Counted from the first letter of the stretch, positions 19,047 to 28,523 are shown. The stretch is DNA of 48,943 nucleotides from Eubacteriales bacterium (GCA_045544795.1 JAZPZR010000123.1:1-48943); one strand, 5' to 3'. Translations and numbers: made by a program. Notes: generated by a model from the letters alone, not told the origin.

Positions 19047-19496
19047 AATAAAAACTCCTTAATGTATAATGAAAGCCGAGATGTTACTCTCGGCTGTTGT
19101 TTTCTTCTCTATATGTTTTCTCGATTCTTTCTATGCAGGTATTCATCTGTTGCGGTGAAAGCAACTTGTTTTCTTTGAGCGATATCAAAATCGCTGTAGC
19201 AATTTTCAATTCCGCTTCCGGAGTGTTCACCTCCGGAATTACGCCAAGGTCATAATTCTTGTATTTCGTGAAAACACCCCCTACTGCAAATATATGATAA
19301 GAGGCTTCTCAATATCATAATATATGCTCATAAATCAAGTTATATCGGGGGCAATATTCAATTTTCTAAATATTTGCCCGCAAATTTAAGTGAAATTTGA
19401 GAGCAATGTGGTATAACCACAAGCCGAAGGATGCTTTACACATTCTCATTCCTTCGGTAACTTCCCGACTCTTTCATCGGGAACTTTAATTGATAG

Positions 19497-19814
19497 TTAA
19501 ATTGCTTTAATCATAACGACACGGGAGCGAAGTTCCGGTGTCTGTGCACCATCTTTTACGATAAAAACAACTTTTTGACCGATCAAATCGTCATCAACGA
19601 AATTTCCTTCTTCATCAACAAAATCTGAAGCAAAATCATTGAATATAGGGTTTATGGTTGAGAACGACGTGTTGAAGATAGCATTATCTGTACGGATATC
19701 TACAGCAAAATAACCTTTATCCTCATAAAAATCGATTTTCTCAACTGTTCCGGTATATCTACCTTCTTCTAAATAGTTAGTGTATTTCTGGGGTTTAAAA
19801 TTAAATGTAGCCAT
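19497..19814 (-). CDS. hypothetical small protein (105 aa)
   Basis: Start moved to the ATG at 19814 with SD aaggagaca, 13 nt after the helicase stop. No family recognised. Confidence 0.65.
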   Translation of the reverse strand: MATFNFKPQKYTNYLEEGRYTGTVEKIDFYEDKGYFAVDIRTDNAIFNTSFSTINPIFNDFASDFVDEEGNFVDDDLIGQKVVFIVKDGAQTPELRSRVVMIKAI

Positions 19815-19827
19815 AATATGTCTCCTT

Positions 19828-21606
19828 TCAATTTTCAATAATGGCATTAGTGAATTCTTCAAACAAATCAATATCACCAAGTTCCGCTTCAATATCTCTT
19901 TGCGGTGCTTTGGTGGATTGATTTTGAATTGAGTTTTCGAGCTTGAAACAATAGCATTTCTGCCGTCCAACCTCTTTTACCAAAGTTACCCTTTTATAAA
20001 GCCTATCCGGCTCTGTTAGTAAAACATCTTGATCTTTCAGCGTTTTAAGTACGCCTTTCCAATCATTTACGCCGTAGTCTTCCATCATATCCTCAAACAC
20101 CGTTTGTGATATCTGAATTTCGCTGTACTTATACTTGGTTTTGATGGCTCCACAGCAGGATGATGGTACAACGTTGGTATCAATCATATAGCGTGAACTA
20201 TTTCGGCTGACCTCTTGACGAACAATCTCAAGCAAACGGTCTTCCGGTTTGGCTGCTGTAGTGATTTGCCTTTCTAATTTCAAAAGATAATCAGCAATAT
20301 CATCCTCGTTGATACCCATTTGAAATATGTCATTGACGTAACGTGCCGTAGTAAGTACAGTCGCAAGCTTTGAAAGAATACGCTCGGAAAGCTCTTTTTT
20401 ATCTGTACACTTATCGCAAAGATATTTTTTATCCTTTTCGTAATCATCAAAAACATCGTCGCCCTTTTGAAGCAAGTACTTTACAAAAGGTTCACCTGCG
20501 AGGGCATAATTCTCATAAATGCAAGATTTAATGTTATCACTGTTCTCCGCACTATCGGTCAAAGTATCTTTAATTTCAAATACGCGCGCCTTTATTCCAT
20601 TAGGTGTATCCGCTCCTGAAACGAGACTAAATTCTGCTGTTGAAATTACTATTCCATTAAATTCCATGACATCTTTCTGCGTGGCATCACCATTCAATCT
20701 CATTTTTGTTCGTCCGTTACAAACGCTGTACATTGTTCGGTTGAAGTCCTTAATATTACTCAACGCAACCTCATCAATAACAACCGTATGACCACCACAA
20801 CTCGAAATAAACTGGTTTAAAGCGTTCTCTGTTGCATTGTACGATATAGCACACCCACGATTCAAAATAGGGTTGGAAAATGCACTTATAGCCATTTGGG
20901 CACCAGTTGTTTTTCCCTTTGAACTTTTATTTGATAACGAAAACATTATGCTGGATATATCTTTCTTTTCATTTAAAAGAGCTACAAGAGCACCCGCAAA
21001 TCCAAGAAGCATAACTACTGTCATTGCTATACTTTTCAGTACTTCTGTTTTCACCATATTGAGCCATAATTCAAGTTCTCCGGTTGGCTTTAAATCAAGC
21101 TTTCCATCGAATTTTAATCCTTTATAAACGCCTTCGGCACTTAATGCAGAATGTCCCCTGAACAGTTTTATATCTCCATCCTTGCTCCATCCAAGTTTTG
21201 AATAAGAACGATTTATAGGGGCAATCCTTTCGCTTTTCAAAAGGTATTTCACCACTTTGTAGGCATCATCTTCAGCAAAGCGAACACCATACTTATATAG
21301 TTCCTTTACTCCAAGTTTGGTTAAAATATCGCAATCAAAAACTCTTTCGACTGCAGTCTTTCCGTCATAATATCGGATTTTTAGTTTTACTACGCCCGTA
21401 TCAGTCTCAACGAGCCTTTCTACCACCTCAATACCGGTAGCAAAAACCGTTATAGAATAATTATCATCTAATTTTGATAATTGACCAACCCAACGGTTGC
21501 CGTTAACATACGGAAAAACTGTTGTTTCACGCTTTAATCGTTCGTAATCTTCCTTGTCTATTGAGATAGTTCCCAAATGCTTTGCATCATCAATATTAAA
21601 ACTCAC
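19828..21606 (-). CDS. DUF927-like P-loop NTPase (putative SF3 replicative helicase or replication initiator)
   Basis: 592 aa; GTG start with SD aaggagg. Walker A SSKGKTTGA and Walker B HTVVIDEV. Size and layout resemble the helicase-type proteins of integrative elements. The family call is from memory. Confidence 0.7.
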   Translation of the reverse strand: MSFNIDDAKHLGTISIDKEDYERLKRETTVFPYVNGNRWVGQLSKLDDNYSITVFATGIEVVERLVETDTGVVKLKIRYYDGKTAVERVFDCDILTKLGVKELYKYGVRFAEDDAYKVVKYLLKSERIAPINRSYSKLGWSKDGDIKLFRGHSALSAEGVYKGLKFDGKLDLKPTGELELWLNMVKTEVLKSIAMTVVMLLGFAGALVALLNEKKDISSIMFSLSNKSSKGKTTGAQMAISAFSNPILNRGCAISYNATENALNQFISSCGGHTVVIDEVALSNIKDFNRTMYSVCNGRTKMRLNGDATQKDVMEFNGIVISTAEFSLVSGADTPNGIKARVFEIKDTLTDSAENSDNIKSCIYENYALAGEPFVKYLLQKGDDVFDDYEKDKKYLCDKCTDKKELSERILSKLATVLTTARYVNDIFQMGINEDDIADYLLKLERQITTAAKPEDRLLEIVRQEVSRNSSRYMIDTNVVPSSCCGAIKTKYKYSEIQISQTVFEDMMEDYGVNDWKGVLKTLKDQDVLLTEPDRLYKRVTLVKEVGRQKCYCFKLENSIQNQSTKAPQRDIEAELGDIDLFEEFTNAIIEN

Positions 21607-21678
21607 TTATAAGCCTCCTTTTCTTTATTCTCCGACGTGCTGTTACACACGCCGGAGTTATAAGTATATTTATTATTA

Positions 21679-22059
21679 TCAAAAAAATAATTCCGGATGT
21701 CGATACAGCTTTGTATAATACTTGATTTGCTCATCCGATAATGAGTAGAAGTCATCATCATCGGGAGGAGCAGAACATAAAAAGAACGTTCCGCAAACTA
21801 TATCGTAGACTTTACCATTTTCATCCCGTAATGCACGGTTTGGTGTAAGTCCAAGGTTTTTTCCCTCCTCGTTACAAATCAACGCTATAGAATCATCAAA
21901 CGGATATACGACTTGAAAATAATCGCCAACCACTTTCTGCATTGCGTCTAAAGTTTTTTCAATTTCCTTAACTCTGGGGACTTGAAAGGGTTCGATAACA
22001 AGTATTTTCATTTTGTTCTTCGTGGTTTTCTTCAGATTGTTCGTTGTTGGCATATACAT
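21679..22059 (-). CDS. DUF3846-domain protein (paralogue 1)
   Basis: 126 aa; SD aaggagg 8 nt upstream of the ATG at 22059. Clearly similar over most of its length to the ORF at 23211..23543 (shared ALICNEEGK.LGL..NRALRDE.G..YDIVCGTFFLCSAPPD). Confidence 0.75.
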   Translation of the reverse strand: MYMPTTNNLKKTTKNKMKILVIEPFQVPRVKEIEKTLDAMQKVVGDYFQVVYPFDDSIALICNEEGKNLGLTPNRALRDENGKVYDIVCGTFFLCSAPPDDDDFYSLSDEQIKYYTKLYRHPELFF

Positions 22060-22098
22060 TGTAATGCCTCCTTTTTGTTATATTTTTTCTCGTCTGCC

Positions 22099-22129
22099 AA
22101 AAGAAAAAGACCGTCCATATTGGACGGTC
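22099..22129 (-). terminator. intrinsic terminator
   Basis: Minus strand reads gaccgtcca-ata-tggacggtc followed by tttttctttt. Lies 40 nt upstream of the DUF3846 start. Confidence 0.8.
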
Positions 22130-22345
22130 GAAAGAGACTTATCGTATCTAACCCACATTATCAAGTTACCCCTCACGTGTTGTAGCAAATAGTTGTGTCC
22201 TACCTATACGGATTGGCAAAAGAATATAGCAAGGCTAAATACGGTTGTCTTCTTTCGACAGCCGAGTATGTAAGAGATGCTATATTCTCTATCATAGGGT
22301 TTTATTTAAAATCAGTTATCATTAATCATGTTCATTGTTGCATCT
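22099..22345 (-). ncRNA. candidate ~240-nt non-coding leader/sRNA (promoter to terminator, no credible ORF)
   Basis: Bounded by the promoter at 22353..22381 and the terminator at 22099..22129. An 11-bp stem (agaatatagca/tgctatattct, 22231..22290) encloses a second hairpin. Only 3- to 7-codon ORFs are present. Confidence 0.45.
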
Positions 22346-22352
22346 TGGTTAT

Positions 22353-22381
22353 ATGATAGCACGTGACGTTCAAAAAGTCAA
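22353..22381 (-). promoter_or_regulatory. candidate sigmaA promoter
   Basis: Minus strand: TTGACT, 17 nt, TATCAT. Confidence 0.5.
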
Positions 22382-22682
22382 ATGGTCGATTTTTAGGCAT
22401 TCGTCAAAATTACTAACACCTCCTGTAGCAGTCAATTAGGAAGCGGAGGGGATGATGATACTTTTTTAATGATTTTTTTCTGTTGTTTAGTATTCTGAAA
22501 AAATATTTTTTGTGCAATCTGCCATGAATTTTTCACGTTTTCTTAATCAGAAACGGGGATTTCCATCCTTTTCGGATAGTTTTCGGGGAGCTTTTGACCG
22601 CCATTTCCCTTTTCAAAAAAAGATCAACCCGAAAACCCGTTCTCCCAGAGCGTGCATTGGCACACTCCGGGGGGCTATGAAA

Positions 22683-23177
22683 TCAATCAAGTTTCAAGGG
22701 TTCTATTGTGAAATCGTGAGCAAGAGGACTAAGGGGATGGGCGTATGGCAGTCCTTTACGATCGACAAGAGTATAAAGTTTCTTTTTGTATGGTATGAGT
22801 TCGGTAAGCATTGCTGCTTTTTCATCCTGGTAGCTCGTTCCTCTACCAAAACAAACTAAAATACAATCTGCTTTTTCACACTCTTGTAAAATAATTTCTT
22901 TATTCTGCTTTGATGTTTTTTGATTATCCCCATAAATAGATGACGTAAGATTTACAATTGTCAAACTCCCAAAATCGTTTTTGACGGCTCCGTTTTTGCA
23001 CAACATCGTTGTTTGATCCATAATCAAATGATCCGCCGATGATGGAGCAGTCATAATAATTACCGCCGACTTTTTTCTATGATCCCACTCCATTTTAAGC
23101 AGAAACCTTTCGCTGTTCTTTTGATTAAAGATAGCGGTAGTGGTTATTGTAGATGTCTTTTCCACTAAATTACTCAT
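22683..23177 (-). CDS. DUF1643-domain protein
   Basis: 164 aa; ERFLLKMEWD..AVIIMTAPSSAD..DQT...SLTIVNL...HPLSP pattern typical of DUF1643. The family call is from memory. Confidence 0.7.
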   Translation of the reverse strand: MSNLVEKTSTITTTAIFNQKNSERFLLKMEWDHRKKSAVIIMTAPSSADHLIMDQTTMLCKNGAVKNDFGSLTIVNLTSSIYGDNQKTSKQNKEIILQECEKADCILVCFGRGTSYQDEKAAMLTELIPYKKKLYTLVDRKGLPYAHPLSPLAHDFTIEPLKLD

Positions 23178-23210
23178 TTTTAAAATCTCCTTTATATTTA
23201 ATCTTCTGTA

Positions 23211-23543
23211 TTACAAAAATAATTCTGGGTGTTGATACAGCTTAGTAAAATGCTCAATTTGCTCATTTGATAACGAGGAAAAGTTTTCTTCATCGGGTGG
23301 AGCAGAGCATAAAAAGAACGTTCCGCAAACAATATCATAAATTTCTCCACTTTCATCTCGTAAAGCACGATTAAGCGGAAGTCCAAGAAGTTTTCCTTCC
23401 TCATTGCAAATCAACGCTACTGAATCTTCAAAGGGATAGATCGCTTGAATATAACCGCCAACCTCTTTTTGCATTGATTCCAAAGATGACTCAATCTCTT
23501 TAACTTTGGGAGTTTGCATAGGTTTAATAACAAGTATCTTCAT
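23211..23543 (-). CDS. DUF3846-domain protein (paralogue 2)
   Basis: 110 aa; paralogue of 21679..22059. Starts 3 nt after the preceding gene. Confidence 0.75.
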   Translation of the reverse strand: MKILVIKPMQTPKVKEIESSLESMQKEVGGYIQAIYPFEDSVALICNEEGKLLGLPLNRALRDESGEIYDIVCGTFFLCSAPPDEENFSSLSNEQIEHFTKLYQHPELFL

Positions 23544-23545
23544 TT

Positions 23546-23884
23546 TTACCCCTCCATTAAATGTTCGAAATATTCCCTGCGACCAATGATATTGATCGCT
23601 CGGTCATTATCCAATACAATGCATGAATTGACAAAATTATTTCCAATATATTCTATCCACTCAAATCGGCTTTCATCAATCGGCATCGACAATCCAAATC
23701 CAAAATGATTATCCAAATCACTTTTAGAACTAATTAAATAAATCGCCCCAATGCTTTCAATCGAAGCATTGGGGCAGTATTCTTTATATTCTTCCAAAAG
23801 GTATTCTAAAAGATTTTTGATGTATGGAACGATCTCCTTTTCCGGCACTTGTTCCAAATGATCTAAACGTGTAATCTTAACCAT
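23546..23884 (-). CDS. hypothetical protein (112 aa)
   Basis: ORF tightly packed in the operon. Its ATG directly abuts the TAG of the upstream mini-ORF. No family recognised. Confidence 0.6.
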   Translation of the reverse strand: MVKITRLDHLEQVPEKEIVPYIKNLLEYLLEEYKEYCPNASIESIGAIYLISSKSDLDNHFGFGLSMPIDESRFEWIEYIGNNFVNSCIVLDNDRAINIIGRREYFEHLMEG

Positions 23885-24004
23885 CTATTTTCTTCTCCTA
23901 TTCCGTGGCGTTTTAGAACCGCAATACAATGAGATCGCCGCACTTGCTCCCATACCGAACGCTTCTAATGCCGCCTTTGATAGTCTTAAGAATAACGCTA
24001 TCAT
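23885..24004 (-). CDS. 39-aa hydrophobic peptide with an Arg/Lys tail
   Basis: MIALFLRLSKAALEAFGMGASAAISLYCGSKTPRNRRRK; SD aaggagg; ATGA overlap with the upstream mini-ORF. Below the ORF-track cut-off and hand-translated. Confidence 0.45.
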   Translation of the reverse strand: MIALFLRLSKAALEAFGMGASAAISLYCGSKTPRNRRRK

Positions 24005-24096
24005 TTTTCTTTCCTCCTTTTCGACCTTTCAAGTATTGCATCTGCTCCAATCAAAAGACCAAACACACTAAAAAATCCAATTAAGTAATATTTCAT
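24001..24096 (-). CDS. 31-aa single-TM peptide with a basic tail
   Basis: MKYYLIGFFSVFGLLIGADAILERSKRRKEK; weak SD gaaggt; translationally coupled (ATGA) to the next mini-ORF. Confidence 0.4.
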   Translation of the reverse strand: MKYYLIGFFSVFGLLIGADAILERSKRRKEK

Positions 24097-24120
24097 TTTT
24101 AAAACCTTCTTTCATTTAAG

Positions 24121-24159
24121 ATAAAAAATACACCCACTGTATTACTCAGTGGGTGTATT
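24121..24159 (-). terminator. intrinsic terminator after the collagen-like gene
   Basis: 12-bp stem atacacccactg/cagtgggtgtat followed by a T-run on the minus strand. Confidence 0.7.
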
Positions 24160-24163
24160 TTGT

Positions 24164-27100
24164 TTAACGTTTAAACTGTGGATAGTATGTATATCCACTA
24201 ACAGTTTCAGAGTTTTTCATCGTTTTAGCAATTTTAGCCGTATCTGATACAGATATGTTTGCCCAAGCGGTTGATGCTTGTATAACAAGATCAAGATTCA
24301 CTTTGACTGCACGCTTTTTCCAATCTGTTTCATTAAGGAAATCCACTTCAGTTAATCCGGCATTGTAGAATGCTTGTGTGTCTATTTGCGTTACCTTTTC
24401 GGGTATAGTGATATTTGCCAATGAGGAACATCCGTAAAACGCTTTTGCACTAATTGATGTGAGATTGTTAGAAAGTGTTACATCTGTTAACGCTTCGCAA
24501 TATGCAAAAGCACCCTGTCCCATTTCTGTTATCGAATTAGGCATAGTCACACTCTTTAAATATTTACAATTCTGAAATCCTCCTATAGCAATAGTTGTTA
24601 TTGGGATTCCGCCAAACGATTCGGGAATAACGACGTTTTCTATTATCTGCTTATAATCTGATTTGACTCCCACAGACAAAGTTCCATCACTCAAACGTGT
24701 AAAGCTTAACATTGTCACAGCGTCAGAATAATCGTTGTACGCTGGGCTGATTTTACCAAGATTGCTTTCAGTTCCATCTGTATATGTAATGATTAACTCG
24801 CCATTTACAATTTTGCTTTCTGCAATACCTCTACCATCAGCTCCGGGATCTCCTTTGTCACCCTTATCGCCTTTATCGCCTTTATCTCCCTTGTCACCTT
24901 TTTGACCTTTAATATTGCCGAGGTTAATAACAGATGTATCGGTCAAGGTAACCGAAAGATCTCCGTCTGCAGACAATGTAATGGTATCAATTCCGACTCC
25001 GTTTGTACCTTCCTTACCATTTGCACCATCTTTTCCATTGTCTCCAACCACTTTTCCTACGGTGGTTAATGTTCCATCTGAGAAACCTAATACCAGTTCA
25101 CCATCTGTGTTAATAGCGGATGACGTAACACTAACACCATCTTCACCATCAATACCGTTTGTTCCCTTGATATTTCCTAAATCAATGATCGTACCATTTG
25201 TGAGTTCAATTTTCAAAACGCCTTCCGTAATAGTGACGTTTTTAACGCCTACACCATCGGTACCGTTTGCGCCATCTTTACCGTTGGATCCATTGGCACC
25301 TACCACCTTACCTACATTTGTGCTATTACCATTGGAATAGGTGAGCACAAGTTCTCCAATTTCATTGATTTTAGAAGAAACAATGCTAATACCGTCTTGA
25401 CCGTTAATACCATCAGTCCCCTTAATATTACCTAAGTCAATAATAGAACCATTGGTCAATTCGATTTTTAAAATGCCATCAGTAATCGTTGCGGTTTTAA
25501 TACCAACGCCATCTGTGCCGTTAGTACCATTTGTTCCATTAGCACCGTCTGCGCCATCGGCTCCCACCACCTTGCCAACATTGGTACTATTGCCGTTGGA
25601 GTATGTAAAAACAAGTTCACCATTAGCGTTGATTATAGCAGAGGTTACACTAATACCATCTGTGCCATCGGCTCCTTTTACGTTGCCGAGAGTCAAAATC
25701 GTTCCATTGGAAAGCTTTACAGTCAAAATACCATCATCGGACATTTCAACAGTATCAATGCCGACACCGTCTTTGCCATCTTGACCGTCGGCACCATTTG
25801 TGCCATCAACACCGTCTTTTCCGTCCTTGCCGTTGGTACCATCTTTACCGATAATATTGCCTAAATTCAGATCATTACCGTTAGAAAACGTAAGCACTAA
25901 CTCTCCTGATGTATTGATGGTTACATCAGATATTCCTATTCCATCTTTACCATCAACACCATCGGCTCCGTCTTTACCATTTGTGCCATTAGCACCATCT
26001 TTACCATCAGTACCGTCAATACCATCCTTGCCGTCTTGACCGTCTGCACCTACAACTACACCGAGGTTTTCATTTGTGCCGTTGGAATAATAAACAATCA
26101 ATTCTCCGTTAGCATTAATTTCAGTTTTTGTAACACTAATTCCATCTTTACCATTGGTGCCATCAACGCCGTTTTCACCATCTTTTCCTACGACCACCCC
26201 AAGATTTTCAGAAGTGCCATTGGAATAGGTAATAACAAGTTCGCCGTTTTCATTGATTGTGGTATTACTTACACCAATACCATCTTTACCATCGGTTCCA
26301 TCGGCTCCGTCCTTGCCGTTAGATCCATTTATACCATCCTTACCGTTGGAACCGACAACTATTCCAAGATTTGCAGAAGTTCCGTCCGTATAGGTAATTA
26401 TAAGTTCACCGGCAGTATTGATTTCAGTTTTGGAAACACCGATGCCGTCTTCACCGTCAACACCATTTTTGCCGTCTTTGCCATCTTTGCCGTCTTGTCC
26501 GTCTGCGCCATTAGTACCATCTTTACCGTCAATACCATTGATACCATCTTTTCCATTAGTACCGTCTTTGCCTACAACAACACCAAGATTGGTAGAAGTA
26601 CCATCAGAATAGGAAATAACAAGCTCTCCGTAGGAATTGATAGTTGTACCGGAAACACCTACGCCATTTAGTCCGTCTTTACCATCCGTGCCGTCGATGC
26701 CATCCTTTCCATCTTTGCCGTTAATACCATCTTTGCCATCGGCGCCCTTGATATTTCCAAGCTTTAGAGTAGAACCATTAGTAAGGGTGATTTCCAACTC
26801 TCCGGTCGTGGTAACTACAATAGAACCAATACCGACACCATCGGCACCATCCTTACCATCTATACCATTAACTCCATCTTTACCATTAGTACCATTGATG
26901 CCATCTTTTCCATCAATACCATTGACCCCATCTTTTCCGTCCTTACCATCGGCACCGATAACGACTCCAAGATTCTCAATAGTACCATTGGAGTAGGAAA
27001 TGATAAGTTCACCTTTTTCATTGATAGTTGTATCGCTTATACTTACGCCATCTTGACCATTTGTGCCGTTGGCACCATCACTTCCAATAACAATTCCAAC

Positions 27101-28513
27101 ATTCTCGGTTTTTCCATTGGTATAAGTAATGACAAGCTCGCCGTTTGAATTGATTTCTGTTTTTGATACACCGACTCCGTCAGTTCCATTTATACCGTCT
27201 TTTCCGTCAAGTCCATCTGCTCCGTCCTGACCGTTTGCGCCATCTTTACCATCGGCTCCAATCACAACACCGAGATTTTCTATTTTATTGTCGGAATAAG
27301 TTAATACAAGTTCACCTTTAGAGTTGATTTCAGATTTAACAATACTTACGCCATCTTGTCCGTCTGCACCATCAGTACCGTCTTTACCGTCCTGACCATT
27401 CGTTCCGTTCGTACCATTGATGCCATCTTTACCGGCAGCACCAATTACATTGCCAAGGTTAGAACGTTGATTGTTTGAATATGTCAAAACAAGCTCACCG
27501 TCAGAATTGATCTCTGCGCCGATAACACTAATGCCATCTTTTCCGTTTGTGCCATCAGTTCCATTTTGACCGTCAGCACCGATTACAACGCCGAGATTCT
27601 TAATAGTGCCGTTAGAATATGTAAGTACCAATTCTCCGGAGGTATTAATCGTTGACTCAACAATGCTGATTCCATCAATACCGTTTACACCATCCTTGCC
27701 ATCGGTACCGTCAATACCATCCTTGCCGTCAGCACCATCAACACCATTTGTTCCATTTATGCCGTCTTTGCCATTTGCACCGATAACTACACCCAAATTA
27801 GCACTCTGACCATTAGAATAGGTCAACACCAATTCGCCTTTTTCATTGATTGAAGACTTTGTTACACTAACACCGTCAACACCGTTCATCCCAACAACTT
27901 TGTCAAGATTCACAGTTTTACCATCGGAGAACGACAAAATAAGTTGACCATTATCATTGATGGTTGCAGATGTAATTCCAATGCCATCCTTGCCATTGGC
28001 ACCATCTTTACCATTGGCTCCATCTTTGCCATTTGTGCCATTAGTTCCGTCTTTTCCGTTCGCACCATCGGCACCGTCTTTACCTACTGCGACACCTAAA
28101 TTAATCACAGAGTTATCAGAAAGGGTAATCAAAAGCTCCCCTTTAGATGAAAATGATGCTGTTTTAATCGTAGTTCCCACTTGCTCGTTTCTCGCTTGCA
28201 ATGAGGCGAGCCACTCTTCTTCTGTCCCACTATATCCATTTTCAACTGCAATTTCATAAGCGGATTTTCCATTCAAGGAATCAAGCCACTCCTGAACAGT
28301 TCCGGAATATCCGTGTTGAACAGCCAGCTCATATGCCGACAATCCATTTTCTACTGTTGTTGAAGCAGGTACAGAATTACCTTTGAAGAATGAAGCAATT
28401 CCAAAACCACCGCCGATAAGCAAAAGAATTATAATTACTGCAACTAACAGTATCTTTATCAAATTATTTCTCTGCTTTTGTTCTTCTTTTCTTTCCATTT
28501 CTGTATGTTCCAT
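24164..28513 (-). CDS. membrane-anchored collagen-like repeat protein with a C-terminal BspA-type leucine-rich-repeat domain
   Basis: 1449 aa. N-terminal TM helix (LIKILLVAVIIILLLIGGGFGIASFF). Two SAYE(L/I)AV..GYSGT..EWL.SL motifs as seen in tail-fibre-like proteins. About 22 alternations of a G-X-Y run (GKDGxNGxDG...) with a ~20-aa module (GELVLTYSNGxxxNLGVVxG), then GDKGDKGDK. C-terminal LRR (FQNCKYLKSVTMPNSITEMGQGAFAYCEALTDVTL...). Confidence 0.9.
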   Translation of the reverse strand: MEHTEMERKEEQKQRNNLIKILLVAVIIILLLIGGGFGIASFFKGNSVPASTTVENGLSAYELAVQHGYSGTVQEWLDSLNGKSAYEIAVENGYSGTEEEWLASLQARNEQVGTTIKTASFSSKGELLITLSDNSVINLGVAVGKDGADGANGKDGTNGTNGKDGANGKDGANGKDGIGITSATINDNGQLILSFSDGKTVNLDKVVGMNGVDGVSVTKSSINEKGELVLTYSNGQSANLGVVIGANGKDGINGTNGVDGADGKDGIDGTDGKDGVNGIDGISIVESTINTSGELVLTYSNGTIKNLGVVIGADGQNGTDGTNGKDGISVIGAEINSDGELVLTYSNNQRSNLGNVIGAAGKDGINGTNGTNGQDGKDGTDGADGQDGVSIVKSEINSKGELVLTYSDNKIENLGVVIGADGKDGANGQDGADGLDGKDGINGTDGVGVSKTEINSNGELVITYTNGKTENVGIVIGSDGANGTNGQDGVSISDTTINEKGELIISYSNGTIENLGVVIGADGKDGKDGVNGIDGKDGINGTNGKDGVNGIDGKDGADGVGIGSIVVTTTGELEITLTNGSTLKLGNIKGADGKDGINGKDGKDGIDGTDGKDGLNGVGVSGTTINSYGELVISYSDGTSTNLGVVVGKDGTNGKDGINGIDGKDGTNGADGQDGKDGKDGKNGVDGEDGIGVSKTEINTAGELIITYTDGTSANLGIVVGSNGKDGINGSNGKDGADGTDGKDGIGVSNTTINENGELVITYSNGTSENLGVVVGKDGENGVDGTNGKDGISVTKTEINANGELIVYYSNGTNENLGVVVGADGQDGKDGIDGTDGKDGANGTNGKDGADGVDGKDGIGISDVTINTSGELVLTFSNGNDLNLGNIIGKDGTNGKDGKDGVDGTNGADGQDGKDGVGIDTVEMSDDGILTVKLSNGTILTLGNVKGADGTDGISVTSAIINANGELVFTYSNGNSTNVGKVVGADGADGANGTNGTNGTDGVGIKTATITDGILKIELTNGSIIDLGNIKGTDGINGQDGISIVSSKINEIGELVLTYSNGNSTNVGKVVGANGSNGKDGANGTDGVGVKNVTITEGVLKIELTNGTIIDLGNIKGTNGIDGEDGVSVTSSAINTDGELVLGFSDGTLTTVGKVVGDNGKDGANGKEGTNGVGIDTITLSADGDLSVTLTDTSVINLGNIKGQKGDKGDKGDKGDKGDKGDPGADGRGIAESKIVNGELIITYTDGTESNLGKISPAYNDYSDAVTMLSFTRLSDGTLSVGVKSDYKQIIENVVIPESFGGIPITTIAIGGFQNCKYLKSVTMPNSITEMGQGAFAYCEALTDVTLSNNLTSISAKAFYGCSSLANITIPEKVTQIDTQAFYNAGLTEVDFLNETDWKKRAVKVNLDLVIQASTAWANISVSDTAKIAKTMKNSETVSGYTYYPQFKR

Positions 28514-28523
28514 AATTTTTACC

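Noticed and set aside
19084-19308. 74-codon open frame on the minus strand just upstream of the recombinase gene (..YDLGVIPEVNTPEAELKIATAILISLKENKLLSPQQMNTCIERIEKTYREENNSRE), a tempting excisionase/RDF candidate.
   Set aside because: There is no ATG before codon 55, and the only GTG/TTG candidates have poor or mis-spaced SD sequences. I cannot support it as a gene without homology evidence. It is worth a BLAST or HMM check.
19318-19326. CATAtatTA on the minus strand upstream of the recombinase gene, matching the sigmaK -10 consensus CATAnnnTA. This would have supported mother-cell-specific excision.
   Set aside because: The only AC lies 12 nt upstream rather than 16-17 nt. A single -10-like 9-mer in AT-rich DNA is not evidence, so the timing of excision remains untested.
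22512-22859. 115-aa plus-strand ORF.
   Set aside because: It overlaps the 3' end of the DUF1643 gene in antisense and extends into the non-coding gap. It has no SD and low-complexity composition.
24200-28200. Strong periodic DNA repetition that could be mistaken for a CRISPR or other repeat array.
   Set aside because: The repeats are in-frame coding units of variable length with no constant repeat/unique spacer alternation. No cas genes and no leader are present.
24915-28259. Many 60-210-aa plus-strand ORFs rich in P/S/L/V (for example 24915..25340, 26036..26671, 26637..26996) opposite the collagen-like gene.
   Set aside because: They are antisense or alternative-frame read-outs of the G-X-Y repeat DNA (GGN GAT GGN mirrored to xCC ATC xCC). 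They have no SD or start context, and the 1449-aa minus-strand frame is uninterrupted.
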